A stretch of 64,000 bases of DNA. Source: Narcine bancroftii (Eukaryota). Within the stretch, counting starts at the first letter, position 1. Every line of letters starts with the position of its first letter. The stretch lies in NCBI RefSeq assembly GCF_036971445.1, contig NC_091473.1, forward strand, positions 236,716,001-236,780,000, in the 5' to 3' direction. The notes beneath the pieces are model-generated. The model was given only the letters and a program-made list of their open reading frames with translations, was not told where the DNA came from and did not search any database. Shown piece after piece: positions 48,734 through 61,024 of the stretch. The translations under genes were made by a program, and so were the position numbers.

Positions 48734-49482
48734 CTTTCTTTTCTTTGGCTTGGCTTTGCGGACGAAGATTTATGGAGGGGTATGTCCATGTCTGCTGCAG
48801 GCTCGTTGGTGACTGACAAGTCCGACGCAGGACAGGCAGGCATGGTTGCAGCGGTTGCAATGGAAAATTGGTTGGTTGGGGTTGGGTGTTGGGTTTTTCC
48901 TCTTTGTCTTTTCAGTGAGGTGGGCTCTGCGGTCTTCTTCAAAGGAGGTTGCTGCCCGCCGAACTGTGAGGCACCAAGATGCACGGTTGGAGGCGATATC
49001 AGCCCACTGGCGGTGGTCAATGTGGCAGACACCAAGAGATTTCTTTAAACAGTCCTTGTACCTCTTCTTTGGTGCACCTATGTCTCAGTGGCCAGTGGAG
49101 AGGTCGCCATAGAACACGATCTTGGGAAGGCGATAGTCCTCCATTCTGGAGACGTGACCCACCCAGCGCAGTTGGGTCTTCAGCAGCATGGATTCGATGC
49201 TTGCAGACTCTGCCAGCTCGAGTACTTAGATGTTGGTGATGAAGTCATTCCAATGAATGTTGAGGATGGAGCGGAGACAGCGCTGATGGAAGCGTTCTAG
49301 GAGCCGTAGATGATGCCGGTAGAGGACCCATGATTCGGAGCCGAACAGGAGCATGGGTATGACAACGGCTCTGTACATGCTGATCTTTGCATGTTTCTTC
49401 AGGTGGTTGTTTTTCCAGACTCTTTTGTGTAGTCTTCCAAAGACGCTATTTGCCTTGGCGAGTCTGTTGTCTATCTCTTTGT
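48734..49482 (-). mobile_element. RTE/BovB-like LINE 3' part (subfamily B)
   Basis: Homologous to but diverged from subfamily A; flanks TATATT/TATATT. Confidence 0.92.
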
Positions 49483-49805
49483 TATATTAACACCGATGAA
49501 AAAAACAAATGTGCAAAAGTGCAAATTTTCAATATATGCAATATCACTCAGATCCTTATTCAATTGAAACGAGAGGGGTCAGAGCCTGGAGGAGGAAACC
49601 AGGGGGATCAGGACTTGCAGAGGTGGAGATAGATTGGATCCCTGAGGATTGAGAAGTAAGAGGAGGGAATTGGGAGAAGTGAGTCATTCAAGCTTTGTGA
49701 GCTGAGATTTGGGGTTTGGGTTAATGGGAGAAACAAAGGAGTGCAAGAAATTAATTGGTGATTCAGCCTTAGCCAAGATTTCAATTCCTGGCTGAGACTT
49801 GTTCA

Positions 49806-50530
49806 TTTTTCTTTGGCTTGGCTTCGCGGACGAAGATTTATGGAGGGGGTAAAAAGTCCACGTCAGCTGCAGGCTCGTTTGTGGCTGACAAGTCCAACGC
49901 GGGACAGGCAGACACGATTGCAGCGGTTGCAAGGGAAAATTGGTTGGTTGGGGTTGGGTGTTGGGTTTTTCCTCCTTTGCCTTTTGTCAGTGAGGTGGGC
50001 TCTGCGGTCTTCTTCAAAGGAGGTTGCTGCCCGCCAAACTGTGAGGCGCCAAGATGCACGGTTTGAGGCGATATCAGCCCACTGGCGGTGGTCAATGTGG
50101 CAGGCACCAAGAGATTTCTTTAGGCAGTCCTTGTACCTTTTCTTTGGTGCACCTCTGTCACGGTGGCCAGTGGAGAGCTCGCCATATAACACGATCTTGG
50201 GAAGGCGATGGTCCTCCATTCTGGAGACGTGACCCATCCAGCGCAGCTGGATCTTCAGCAGCGTGGACTCGATGCTGTCGACCTCTGCCATCTCGAGTAC
50301 TTCGACGTTAGGGGTTTAAGCGCTCCAATGGATGTTGAGGATGGAGCGGAGACAACGCTGGTGGAAGCGTTCCAGGAGCCGTAGGTGGTGCCGGTAGAGG
50401 ACCCAAGATTCGAAGCCGAACAGGAGTGTGGGTATGACAACGGCTCTGTATACGCTTATCTTTGTGAGGTTTTTCAGTTGGTTGTTTTTCCAGACTCTTT
50501 TGTGTAGTCTTCCAAAGGCGCTATTTGCCT
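49806..50530 (-). mobile_element. RTE/BovB-like LINE 3' part (subfamily A)
   Basis: ORF 49863-50291 is essentially identical to the C-terminus of 19665-20729. Confidence 0.95.
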
Positions 50531-51479
50531 ACTCCTTTAAACTGCATAGCTACAGGTCAAGCAGGCTCTGTTAAAAATTGCTTGCAAGGTGAGAAACTAA
50601 CAGTTATCTATTTTTCAGGGAATGATGTCAGGTTCAGAAAACACAACAGTGGTGCATATTATGTGTGAATGGATGTTACAATTAAATTTTCAAAATGGCA
50701 TCTTGACTCAATTATTCATATTATATTTCATTCTGGAGAAAGGATGATTTTCATAAACATAGTTATGAAAAGCTCCAGATATTTGATTGTATTATCAAGA
50801 CCATACACCTATTTTAAAACAATATTTGGTACTCATACTGAAAATGCTGACATTAATGTTCTCGCCCAGAATGGAAGTAATGGGATACTTCTCACATCAG
50901 GCACTGTTCAGTGACCGGAATTGACTTTAAGTACATAATTGCATATAACTATCCTCTGTTCATCTGGTCATTCAATTTAACTGGAGAAATCATTTTATTT
51001 TACAATTCTCCTCCTCTCATTCAATTCACATCCAACCCCTTATCATTTTCCCATCTATACATTTCAATTACATTGCCAACCTTCATTAAAATGTAAGATA
51101 AGGTCAATTTCGTTTTATTGTATTTATGTTTTAAAATTATTTTATCACAAATTATTACTTACTTGTGTTTTTATTTACTTAATCCATTTATCTCACACTT
51201 GGCTCCCAAACATAAGTGAAAGGAGCAGAGGGTAGAGATGATGGTTAAACACAAGATCCAGTATGGGCACGACACAATGTGGCCCAATGTGGCACAGGTG
51301 CTTTGTTGGGCCATTTGTGTATTTTCTGCATCTTTGCTCTCAGCCTCTCCTCTCCTCGATGGAGTAAGGATAGAGGTCTTCCCTTTCTCTCCCCAACCCC
51401 AATTATTGCATTTATCAGATCATTCTTCATAATTTCTTTTCCCTTTATAAAGATTTAAACTCTAGTCACACCTTTCTCT

Positions 51480-51750
51480 TTCAACATTCCAGGACAGGCC
51501 TATGTAGCAACTCCATGGTTCAATCTTCCACCTCAACAACCTCTTCCCCTTTACTATACTTTCTCATACAACTTAAGAAGATGCAACATCTGTTTTCTTT
51601 CCTTACTTCTTTCTGCCATCCAGGAACCTAAACAGTCCTTTCAGATGACACAGTGAATAACTTGCACTTAATCCAATGTAGAGTTTTACATTCAGTGCTC
51701 ACAATATGATCTCTCCTACTCTGAAGAAACCAAACCAAGATTGGGTGACA
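51480..51750 (+). mobile_element. Penelope-like GIY-YIG fragment, old
   Basis: AIQEPKQSFQM...YIQCSQYDLSY.EETKPRLGD motif. Confidence 0.6.
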
Positions 51751-51830
51751 GACCTTTCTGAGACAGGTGTTGATCTGTTGCAGAACCATCTCTCAAAGTA
51801 AGTGCCACTGGTTAATAGTCATTGAGGCAG

Positions 51831-52427
51831 GTGCTGGCTGCTCAGTTATTCATAATTTATATTGATGATCGATCAGGGAAGGAGCAGCTAAATTTGCTGT
51901 TGATGGAAATAAAGATGGAAAAATCTGAAAAGTGATATACAGTAATTAGGTTAAACGAATCTGGCAGAGGGTAGTGGTTCTCAACTCACATATGCCGCAG
52001 GTGCTCTGTGGTTAGTAAGGGATTACTTAAAGTGGTATGTGAGTGGAAAGATAAAGGTTGAGAACTCCTGGCAGAGGGAGTATAATGTGTGAAAATGTGA
52101 GGTTAACCTTCTTATAAAGAAGAATGAAAACCAAGTTATTAATTAATCATAGTGAGATCAGGTGTTCCTAATATGTGAACCATGAAAAGTTAGCATGCAG
52201 GTATAGAAAGTTAATGAATTATTGGCCTATGTTGCAAGTGACAAAGTATAAAGTAGGGAAGTTTTGATGTGTTTACAGGGTGATGATAATACCTCACCTG
52301 TACTGCATAAATACTGCACAGTCTGCTGGAAGAACTCAATGGGTCACATAGTATCAGTCGGAGAAAAAGAATGGTTGACATTTAGTGCTGGAGCCTTCAT
52401 CGAGTCCTGGAAATGCAAAGAGAAACC
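51831..52427 (+). repeat. Left arm of a ~600-bp inverted duplication
   Basis: Reverse complement of 54740-55335 with only a handful of differences. Confidence 0.95.
51972..52070. mobile_element. Single-unit hAT mini-MITE (99 bp), mirrored at ~55096-55194
   Basis: TAGTGGTTCTCAAC...GGTTGAGAACTCCTG; perfect 8-bp TSD GCAGAGGG. Confidence 0.85.
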
Positions 52428-52749
52428 TTCTTGAGTAGGATAGCAAATGTCTTTTTGAAGCAGGTGGGGTCCTCAGACTATAGCAGTGAGAAGTTGAAAA
52501 TTTATGCAAAAACTCCAGTATGATTTAAAGATAAAGCAAGCCACGCATAACATCTGGGCTAGGTGCTTTCCAAGGATTCACCTTCGTAAAGAAACTGAGT
52601 GCACAAATTTGCCAGGGGCTGTGGGGGCTCTTGAGGGTTTTCTCTTTGAAGTGAGCATGGAGCTCATCCAGGTTGAGATATATCGCAATTTCACCTTATA
52701 GCATGAACTGTCATGTAAGCCCTGCCACAGTGGCTACATGTCCATCTGA

Positions 52750-53050
52750 GACACTAGCTTGATCCAGAATTATATCTGGTTATATCTGCACATCTCCAAA
52801 TCACCTGATCTGAATGCCACATATCTGATCTAAAACAGTTTGTGGGTCTCTTCATTCATCCATGGCTTCTGGTTAGGATAAACCAAGAGAGACTATGTAG
52901 AAGTGGTCGACAGTGTTCAGCCCCCTGATGTCACAGGAGGTATGCTGGTGGTAGTTTGGGTGTACCTTCTTTAACATGGCCTGATTGAAGTTCCAGCCGT
53001 GACTGAGAAAGCATTGGGATAGGATGCTCCATATGATGTTTATTGATCAT
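52750..53050 (-). mobile_element. Rex1/Babar-like LINE linker fragment
   Basis: Minus strand reads NQKPWMNEETHKLF*IRYVAFRSGD. Confidence 0.55.
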
Positions 53051-54134
53051 GGCATGCTCATCCTCTAGCACTATCTTAATGGCTGATATACCAGATGGAT
53101 GAATTCAAAATGTTTCTTCAGTAATTTTTTTATTGTAATCTTTTGTTGTGCTGTCCCAATTTAAAAAAAATACTCCCAAAGAATTTCTTTTGAAAGTGAG
53201 ATATGCTGAGAGAGGTTATTTGGTTCACTCTCATTCATCCACTGAAACAAATCTGTTTTGCAGCCTGATCCCTTGAAATACCTGTCAAACAATAGTCTGC
53301 TTTGTTAAATTTCAAAAGGAAGGTGAGCTTTCCTAATGCACACGCTCACACACCAACTTTTTATTATTTGGACAAACCATTACAGCACGAGGTCAGCAGT
53401 ACAAGTAAACCCACAATCCAATGATGCTAACAATTAACAAATGTCCAGATTAAATAAAAGGTAAGGAAAATCCTCATACTCCATCTCAGTGAGAGAGCCA
53501 TTTAGAATTACAAACCACTCCAGTGCTGGCCTCATGAACTTAAAACCTTTGATGTATAAACATCTCTGCAGCAGATGCATTGAAAATTTATTGCTTAATA
53601 AATGGTTGATGCTGCTACAGTTATATGATGGGTGATGACAGCTGAAGGTTTTTCTGATACACCCCAACCCCTCCATGGAAGTAGTAATATAGAATATCTA
53701 TTCCTTCCTTCTCTGTAATAGGAAAAAAAAAGATATTCTGTTATAGGTCTTTAGATGTTAGGTCATTGTTTAAACTCGAGAACACATTACATAATTTATA
53801 AAACTGACTCTAGGATAACAATTGGATGGATCTTTTCATTTAGCTACTAGCAAAAGGATTAATTTTGTTCACATCAAGCTCATTTCCTCCTTCAAAGGAA
53901 ATTATTGTATGACATCCATAGGGAATAAATATTTTTTGATTCTTGTGGAAAGCCATTGATAATTATGTGGAGTGTTTTAGTTACTTGGAAAGAATACAGA
54001 AAACCCCCCAAAAAAAGATGAAATGTAAGGTGCAGGAGTAAGTCAATTGCCCCCTCATACCTGCTTTGCCATTTCAGTAAAGGTCACGTCCGATCCAATC
54101 TTGGCTACACATTCCTCTTTTCTCCTCAATTCAA

Positions 54135-54670
54135 ACAGAAAGCAAGGAGTCAGAATGCAGGATGAAGACTGAGAATCTGGTTTGGTGGTCCCAGAACAAT
54201 CTTGCTCTCAAGGAGCATTTTTGGAAGGGGAGGACTAGGGACCTTGTATGCATTGACAGGATGGTGGTGAAGTGCACTGGTACCTTCCAAGTTCCTGGGA
54301 GTCCACATATTGGAAGACCTCTCTTGTGTGCATCATGGCACACAAATGCTTCTACTTTCTAATAAATATGAAGAGATTTGGTATATTGTCAAATACTCTA
54401 ACAAACGGTGTACCGTGGAAAGTAACTGTAAATGTGCGGCACAGCTTTTGTTGATTCAAGTGCTCAGGAAAGCAGACATAGCCAGGTCCATCACTGGCTA
54501 TACCTCCCATCCATTTAAGATGTCTATGTGAGGTGCTATTTCCAGAAGGTAAATAATCATTCTGGTCACAACTTCTTCTCAATGCCACCTTCATAAAGTA
54601 TAGAAGCTTGAAGTCCACCACCTCTAGGTTCAATAACATTTTAGTTCCAATGGCTGTCAGATTCTTCCAC
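54135..54670 (+). mobile_element. Rex1/Babar-like LINE fragment, old
   Basis: ENLVWWSQNNLAL..., FKFLGVHI-like sequence, degraded. Confidence 0.55.
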
Positions 54671-54739
54671 TGAGAAATCTCTTCAAGGCATGTTGACTCT
54701 GAAGAAGGTATTTGATAGACGTTCTGTGGCCTCCTCACT

Positions 54740-55335
54740 GGTTTCTCTTTGCATTTCCAGTCTTGATGAAGGCTCCAGCACTAAATGTCGACCATTCTTT
54801 TTCTCCCACTGATGCTATGTGACCCATTGAGTTCTTCCAGCAGACTGTGCAGTATCTATGCAGTACAGGTGAGGTATTATCATCACCCTGTAAACACATC
54901 AAAACTTCCCTACTTTATACTTTGTCACTTGCAACATAGGCCAATAATTCATTAACTTTCTATACCTGCATGCTAACTTTTCATGGTTCACATATTAGGA
55001 ACACCTGATCTCACTATGATTAATTAATAACTTGGTTTTCATTCTTCTTTATAAGAAGGTTAACCTCACATTTTCACACATTATACTCCCTCTGCCAGGA
55101 GTTCTCAACCTTTATCTTTCCACTCACATACCACTTTAAGTAATCCCTTACTAACCACAGAGCACCTGCGGCATATGTGAGTTGAGAACCACTACCCTCT
55201 GCCAGACTCGTTTAACCTAATTACTGTATATCACTTTTCAGATTTTTCCATCTTTATTTCCATCAACAGCAAATTTAGCTGCTCCTTCCCTGATCGATCA
55301 TCAATATAAATTATGAATAACTGAACAGCCAGCAC
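54740..55335 (-). repeat. Right arm of the ~600-bp inverted duplication
   Basis: Reverse complement of 51831-52427. Confidence 0.95.
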
Positions 55336-55551
55336 TGACTGGGAGGGGTTTCTCACAAAGTAGCATTTGCCAATCTAAAAATTATCCATTTAACCAGATT
55401 CTCTCTTTCTGTATACAATTCTCAATATCATGCACTCATATCTTGAATTGTAACTTTTATGTGGCACTTTATTGATGTATTTGAGAAATCTAATCCTAAG
55501 ATCCACTAATTCTCCATGAAAATATTTGTTTACTGCATTGTCCATGAAAAT

Positions 55552-55775
55552 GGGCAGCATGGCTGGTGTAGTGGTTAGCGCAATGCCATTACAGTGGCAG
55601 TGACCTAGGTTTGAATCTGGCGCTGTCTGTAAGGAGTTTGTACATTCTCCCTGAGTCTGCATGAGTTTCCTCCGGATGCTCCTATTTTTTTCCCACCATC
55701 TAAATGTGGGTGTAATTGGGTGGCACAGGTTTAAATGACTGGAATCAGCTTCTACCGTACTGTATATTTTTAAAA
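55552..55775 (+). mobile_element. tRNA-derived HE1/V-SINE-like element
   Basis: GGGCAGCATGG head, A/B-box remnants, V-SINE core. Confidence 0.8.
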
Positions 55776-56102
55776 AAATTAACATTTAAAATATTTGTCA
55801 AACATATTTTCTATTTTATGAAACAATATTAATTTTGCTTCTTTCATTTTTTTCCAACTATCTACCATTGCCTCCTTAATAATGGATTCCAGTATTTCCC
55901 TAATGATCAATTGCAAATGCTAGTTAGCCTTATTTCTGGCTTTCTGTCTCCCTCATTTCTTAAAGAAAGATGTTATATAGTTACAGTTTGCAAATCCTTT
56001 GAGATGATCCAGAATCCTGTGCAGAATTCTCATCAAAATAAAACAAGTCATTTTCCATTTTATTAATTTAAATATTAACCTGAAGAGGAAAACAAACATG
56101 CT

Positions 56103-56233
56103 AATTTCCCTTGCAACCGCTGCAACCGTGTCTGCCTGTCCCGAATCGGACTTGTCAGCCACAAACGAGCCTGCAGCTGATGTGGACATTATCCCTCCAT
56201 AAATCTTCGTCCGCGAAGCCAAGCCAAAGAAAG
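56103..56233 (+). mobile_element. RTE/BovB-like LINE extreme 3' end
   Basis: ccataaatcttcgtccgcgaagccaagccaaagaaag terminus. Confidence 0.9.
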
Positions 56234-56769
56234 TAATAGAATGTGATGTAAATTTTTTTTTAAACTATTTCTATTAAGAGAAATTAAATGGGATTACTGT
56301 GCTCAAATGAGCAACCTACAAATAAGTAAAGAGGGAGGATTACATTATATGAAAGTACACATTAATTAATATAAAAATTATTCTTTCAATAAAACTCAGA
56401 ATAAAAAAAAAGAGCCAGAAATTAATCTCTGCTGTTCTTGAACAAAGGCCAGGGAATGATTGCTCTATCAGAATGGTATATTACATCTTCAGATTTCATT
56501 GCATTTGAACTGGTGAACTGTGGAGTTCTATTTTTCATCGCCAGTCAACTTAGTGAGAAAAGGGCTCAAAGTTAAGGCTACCACGTTATTGGCAGCTTTC
56601 CCATTCAAGTCTAGAATGGGAAAAAGTGAAGTATGACAAATGGGAGAATGTGTGAATGAGATGGGAGCCATCAGGAGGTTCAATGACTGGAATGGAAGAG
56701 GATGATTGCAATGATGAGGAGGAGAATGGACTCATTTAATAAAAACACAATTTCTATTGAGCTCAAAGC

Positions 56770-57420
56770 TGTACAGCACAGAAGTGGGTCTTTTGGCCCA
56801 ACTTGTTCATGTTGATCACAATGGGTATCTATGCTAATCCCATTTTCTTGCATTCGGCCTGTATCCCTCTACACCTTTCCTTTCAAAGTTCATGTCCAAA
56901 TGCCTTTAAATATTGTAATTGGATCTGCCATCTACATCTACAAGAGGTAGTGTCTTAAGAAGGCAGCCTCTATCCTCAAGGACCTTCTCCACCCAGGCCA
57001 TGGCCTCATCACACTGCTACCATCGGGAAGGAGGTATAGGAGCCTGAAGATGAATACAAGGACAGCTTCTTCTCCTCTGCCATCATATTTCTGAATTAAC
57101 AATGAACCACAGAAACTACCTCACCTTCTCTTCTTTTGCACAAATTTACTTATTTTTAAATGTAATTTATCGCAATACAGGTATTTGCACTATAATGCAG
57201 ACATAAAACAACAAATTTTGTGACATGTTTATGACAACTAATTCTGATTCTGATACTACCTCTTCTGACAGCCTGCTCCAAATATCCACAGTCCTCTGTG
57301 CTAGATCTCCTTTAAAATGTCCCCTCTCACTTTAAACCTATGCCTCTAGATTTAGATTTCCCCATTGTAGGAAAACAAACATGACTCTATCTATATCCTT
57401 TATAATCTTGTAAATTTCTA
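56770..57420. mobile_element. CR1 3' end (minus) interrupted by a Rex1/Babar 3' end (plus, ~56928-57254)
   Basis: Rex segment matches 1185-1523 including the (ATTCTG)n tail; CR1 sequence continues on both sides. Confidence 0.7.
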
Positions 57421-58469
57421 TGACTATCTTTGAAATACCAGTTGACCAATGTCTAACACATCAGTATAGTATTTATTCTCTATTTTAGCTAAAGCACTAA
57501 ATTGCTTAAGATACATGGCGTATAGGCTGCATTAAAATGGAAGACAAAAAGATGTATTCCAAGATCACCAACTGAAATCACAAGAGTTGGTTGAGGCAGT
57601 ATGTACAAATTCTTGCTCTCTTTGTCACTCCAGTAGGGAGTTACCTTATTAATTTTGCTTTTCCTTGAAGGTAAAATTTAATAATCAATGTTAGATTTGG
57701 GTTTTAAAATTATCAAGGTATTCATAGATTGTATTCGGTTATAAGCCCTGTGTTGATTAAACCTTTGGGTTTCATACGCCCAGATGCAGTTTAAAATCTC
57801 AGTATTGATTAGAAATGCTAAACATTTTTAAAATCTATGGATAGCTGCAGCCAAATTAAAATAAGGGTTTCTTGTTCCCACTGGGAATAATTTGTTTCAC
57901 ATCTAATTTAGTTTTTTCTTGTTACTATGGGAAGTAATAGTTTGAATTCTGCAAAATCCCTTTCACTTTCAAAATATTTTTGGCTTTTACTTTCCCTTGA
58001 GACAAAATTAGAAATTAATCTTTCACTTTGGAGAGAAATAGTATTGTGAGGGAAGCAGCCTACTGTGGGAGGAGAAGTAGCTATCTTGTAATTGAACACC
58101 TTCTGATTTATGACACTCAACATTTAATTTTTTTTCTCTGGACATTTTCAGCTAAAATCAAAATATTACTGCAACTAATAAACTAGCAGCTGGGTCAGAA
58201 CCAGAAACTGCAAATAAAACTAAAATAAGATTGGAAGATTGGACTAACAAAAACAATTGAAGTCTAAAATTGATTAAAGCCCACTTTACCATTGGAGTTA
58301 TAGGCAGGGTAGAACACCCTATCAGCACATATCTGAGTTGATCCTGTCCCAAATTTCGGAGATGGTTTATTTAATAGTCAAGGCCTTGTTTTCCAGAAGA
58401 GTCATTAATTTACCATCCTCATTAATTTACCATCCTCAGTTCCATGCAACCATTTACAGCTGTGTTATG

Positions 58470-58664
58470 TACAGCACAAGGACAGCTTCTTCCCCACTGC
58501 CATCAGATTCCTGAATAACAAATGAACGAAGGAGACTGTCTTCCTTATTGTGCATTATTATTTTAAATGTGTTTGTAGTAATGTTGTAAGATGGTGAAAA
58601 TATGAATGTGTTCAAGGTGCTGCTGTAAAACCCCAAACTTCATGACAATAAATTCTGATTCTGA
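58470..58664 (+). mobile_element. Rex1/Babar-like 3' end
   Basis: Matches 1315-1523; (ATTCTG)n tail. Confidence 0.75.
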
Positions 58665-58704
58665 CACCATTGTCCTGTTCAGTTGAATCAATATGCGTAT
58701 TAAC

Positions 58705-58947
58705 TGTGGTGATACACCACTGTATGCTGTTACTATGTCACTGGCAATACATGCCTATGTATGCTGGCCTGCCTTTCCTCTGTAACTCTTCCCTCTGGAA
58801 TTCCATAATAAAGGCAGTTATGCCCAAGGCCCTCACTCGGTATGAGTCCTGGAATCAGGCCAGAACAGGAGCATCTGTCCAGTCTTATGGTAATAAAAGC
58901 CTGTCGTTCTACAACTACAGACTTTTGGTGTAATTGAGAGTGTATCA
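58705..58947 (+). mobile_element. Short solo LTR (243 bp)
   Basis: TG...CA ends, perfect 5-bp TSD TTAAC (58700-58704/58948-58952), AATAAA ~58892. Confidence 0.78.
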
Positions 58948-60112
58948 TTAACTAAGGAAGGTTTGGCATTTGTAAACATATTCTCCCCTTTCCCCTCCCC
59001 CCACCCCGTCCTTTTCGTTCAGGCTTCAGGTGTCTGCCTGATTTTCAGCCCTTCTGAAGAAGGGCTCGGGCCTGAAAACTTTGACTGCCTTTTGCTTTCT
59101 TTGGATTTTGCGTGACCAACCGAGTTTCTCTAGCACTCATGATCCCAGGGTATAATAGATCACCTTCAAAATCTAGAATCTCTGAACAGGAAGGACTTTC
59201 ACTGACACTCATTCATGCACAAGAACTATTCAAATTTCTGCAGGTTTCCATAGTGACAGTAATGAGACTTTAATTCAGCAACATTGACCTTTCTCTCCTT
59301 TTTTTTACAAATCTAACAAGCATCAGCGAGTGACTTCTCAAGGATCTGTGACCCCCATCAACATCTCCCCAATTTGGTTGAGTTTGTCCTTCCATAAGAC
59401 ACACACAATGGCGTAATTCAGAACCATGGTTTTATGGAATGCACTGTGAGCTTAATTCAATTATCATGATCAATGCATGGCTCTCCACAACATGGCCCAA
59501 ACACTGTATGCTCTGTCACTGTATTGTTCAGCGTATTGCACAGCTGGAGAATGCAATGGGCACGGAAGTTGGAAAAGGAACAGGCAAAGCATCTGCTAAT
59601 GAGGAAGAAACAAAAGGGATTGACTATCAGAAATAGGAACATTTATTAGGATGATCCTGTGAGACTAGAGGCATAATAAGCATTATTTGGACCTTAAGGC
59701 TGTTGTACATTTATTTATGCCTCATCATCTCTTGCTGACTCTTCCTGGCCATCATTTCTGCCAGAAATATTGTCAATGATTCTCTGGAAAGATGCCAATA
59801 TATTAAATACATCCATTTCCTCAGTTTTAATGTTTTCTAACTCTCTATAGCCTCCTCTGTAACTGCTGCATTAACATCAAATTAGTCACATCCACTGGCG
59901 TGCTACAAGACTATGAATTTATTATTCACATACATGTTCATACCCCAGCCACAATTTTTAATCATCCAAAATGCTTTAGATTTGGATGCATTTTCCTCCA
60001 ACGTTGGGGCCTCCTGCAATTAATTATTCTGATCCAAGATCGATTCAGCTCACAGCTTCCGTGTGTTTTTTTTTTCTTTCAATTCAGCCACTGAAGTTGG
60101 GGCCAAACCCAT

Positions 60113-60212
60113 CGGGATCATTGTCTGAAGAGGGCGCACAAAATCAGTGAACCGGCGCGGACTCGAAAGGCCAACATGGCCTGTTTCCGCTCCGTAAATG
60201 GTTATATGGTTA
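60113..60212 (+). mobile_element. Short chimeric retroposon (Rex1-like piece plus CR1-like 3' tail), copy 2
   Basis: cgggatcattgtctgaagagggcgcacaaaatca + gtgaaccggcgcggactcgaaaggccaacatggcctgtttccgctccgtaa + atggttatatggtta. Confidence 0.75.
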
Positions 60213-60241
60213 AGATTGTTCCTTGTGCTTTTCTACAATTA

Positions 60242-61024
60242 CACTGGGCAACGAAGATTTTGCCCAGTTTTTGGGTGTATTTTATGGACTTTGGGCTGCC
60301 GATCATGGAAATCATGGAAATCATGGAAATCACCTGGAAATGTTCCTATCGTGTGCCATTTGTTTTAGATATAACCTATTTTTGTGACTTTAAGTCTTTT
60401 TAATTACCCACAAAGCAAGCTGTTTTGGTCAGTCCAAGCATGCCTGGGCAGGCACTCAATGCAGGTGCTATGCAAATGTTGCCTTAGGTCTGGGCATGCT
60501 TGGTCAGGATAGATGCAGGCAGGCTATAAAAGCTGTTCACATATACAGATACTGTGCATTACATTGATTGTAGATTGAATGCAAGTTGTTCTTCAGGCAA
60601 TAGCACAGTGAGTGCACTTAACAATAGTATTATTGTTTTCAGGAAGAATCAATATAGCAGAGATTTCTCATCAATGTCGCAACAGCTACAATATATTCTG
60701 TTACAATTGTGTCAAAGACACAGCATGATTGCACTTATTAAGAAAGCCTACGAGCTCTACTTTGATTGTAAAGTTGGCGACAAACACAAACCCTGGGCTC
60801 CTCACATTTGTTGTGCAACATGTGCAGTCTACCCGAGAGCTTGGTGTCAGCATCATGATGCAACTAAACATGCTAAATTCAATAAAAGTTCATTTAAGTT
60901 TCCTCCAAATTCCTACGTGAACAGAAAATTTGAAATTATCTTTGTGGCCAGCTTGAAGTTTTCTATTATAATCACCATTTTTTTTCTCAGGAAGCAAATC
61001 TTTTTTTTTAATTGCTATCCAGTG
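60242..61024 (+). mobile_element. Chapaev3 (CMC) DNA transposon deletion derivative retaining the transposase N-terminus
   Basis: CACTGG...CCAGTG termini, 3-bp TTA TSD on both sides, and coding remnant LIKKAYELYFDCKVGDKHKPWAPHICCATC. Confidence 0.8.

Noticed and set aside
51831-55335. DNA transposon with 600-bp TIRs
   Set aside because: No TSD, no transposase in the spacer, and the arms are mosaics of older unrelated repeats.
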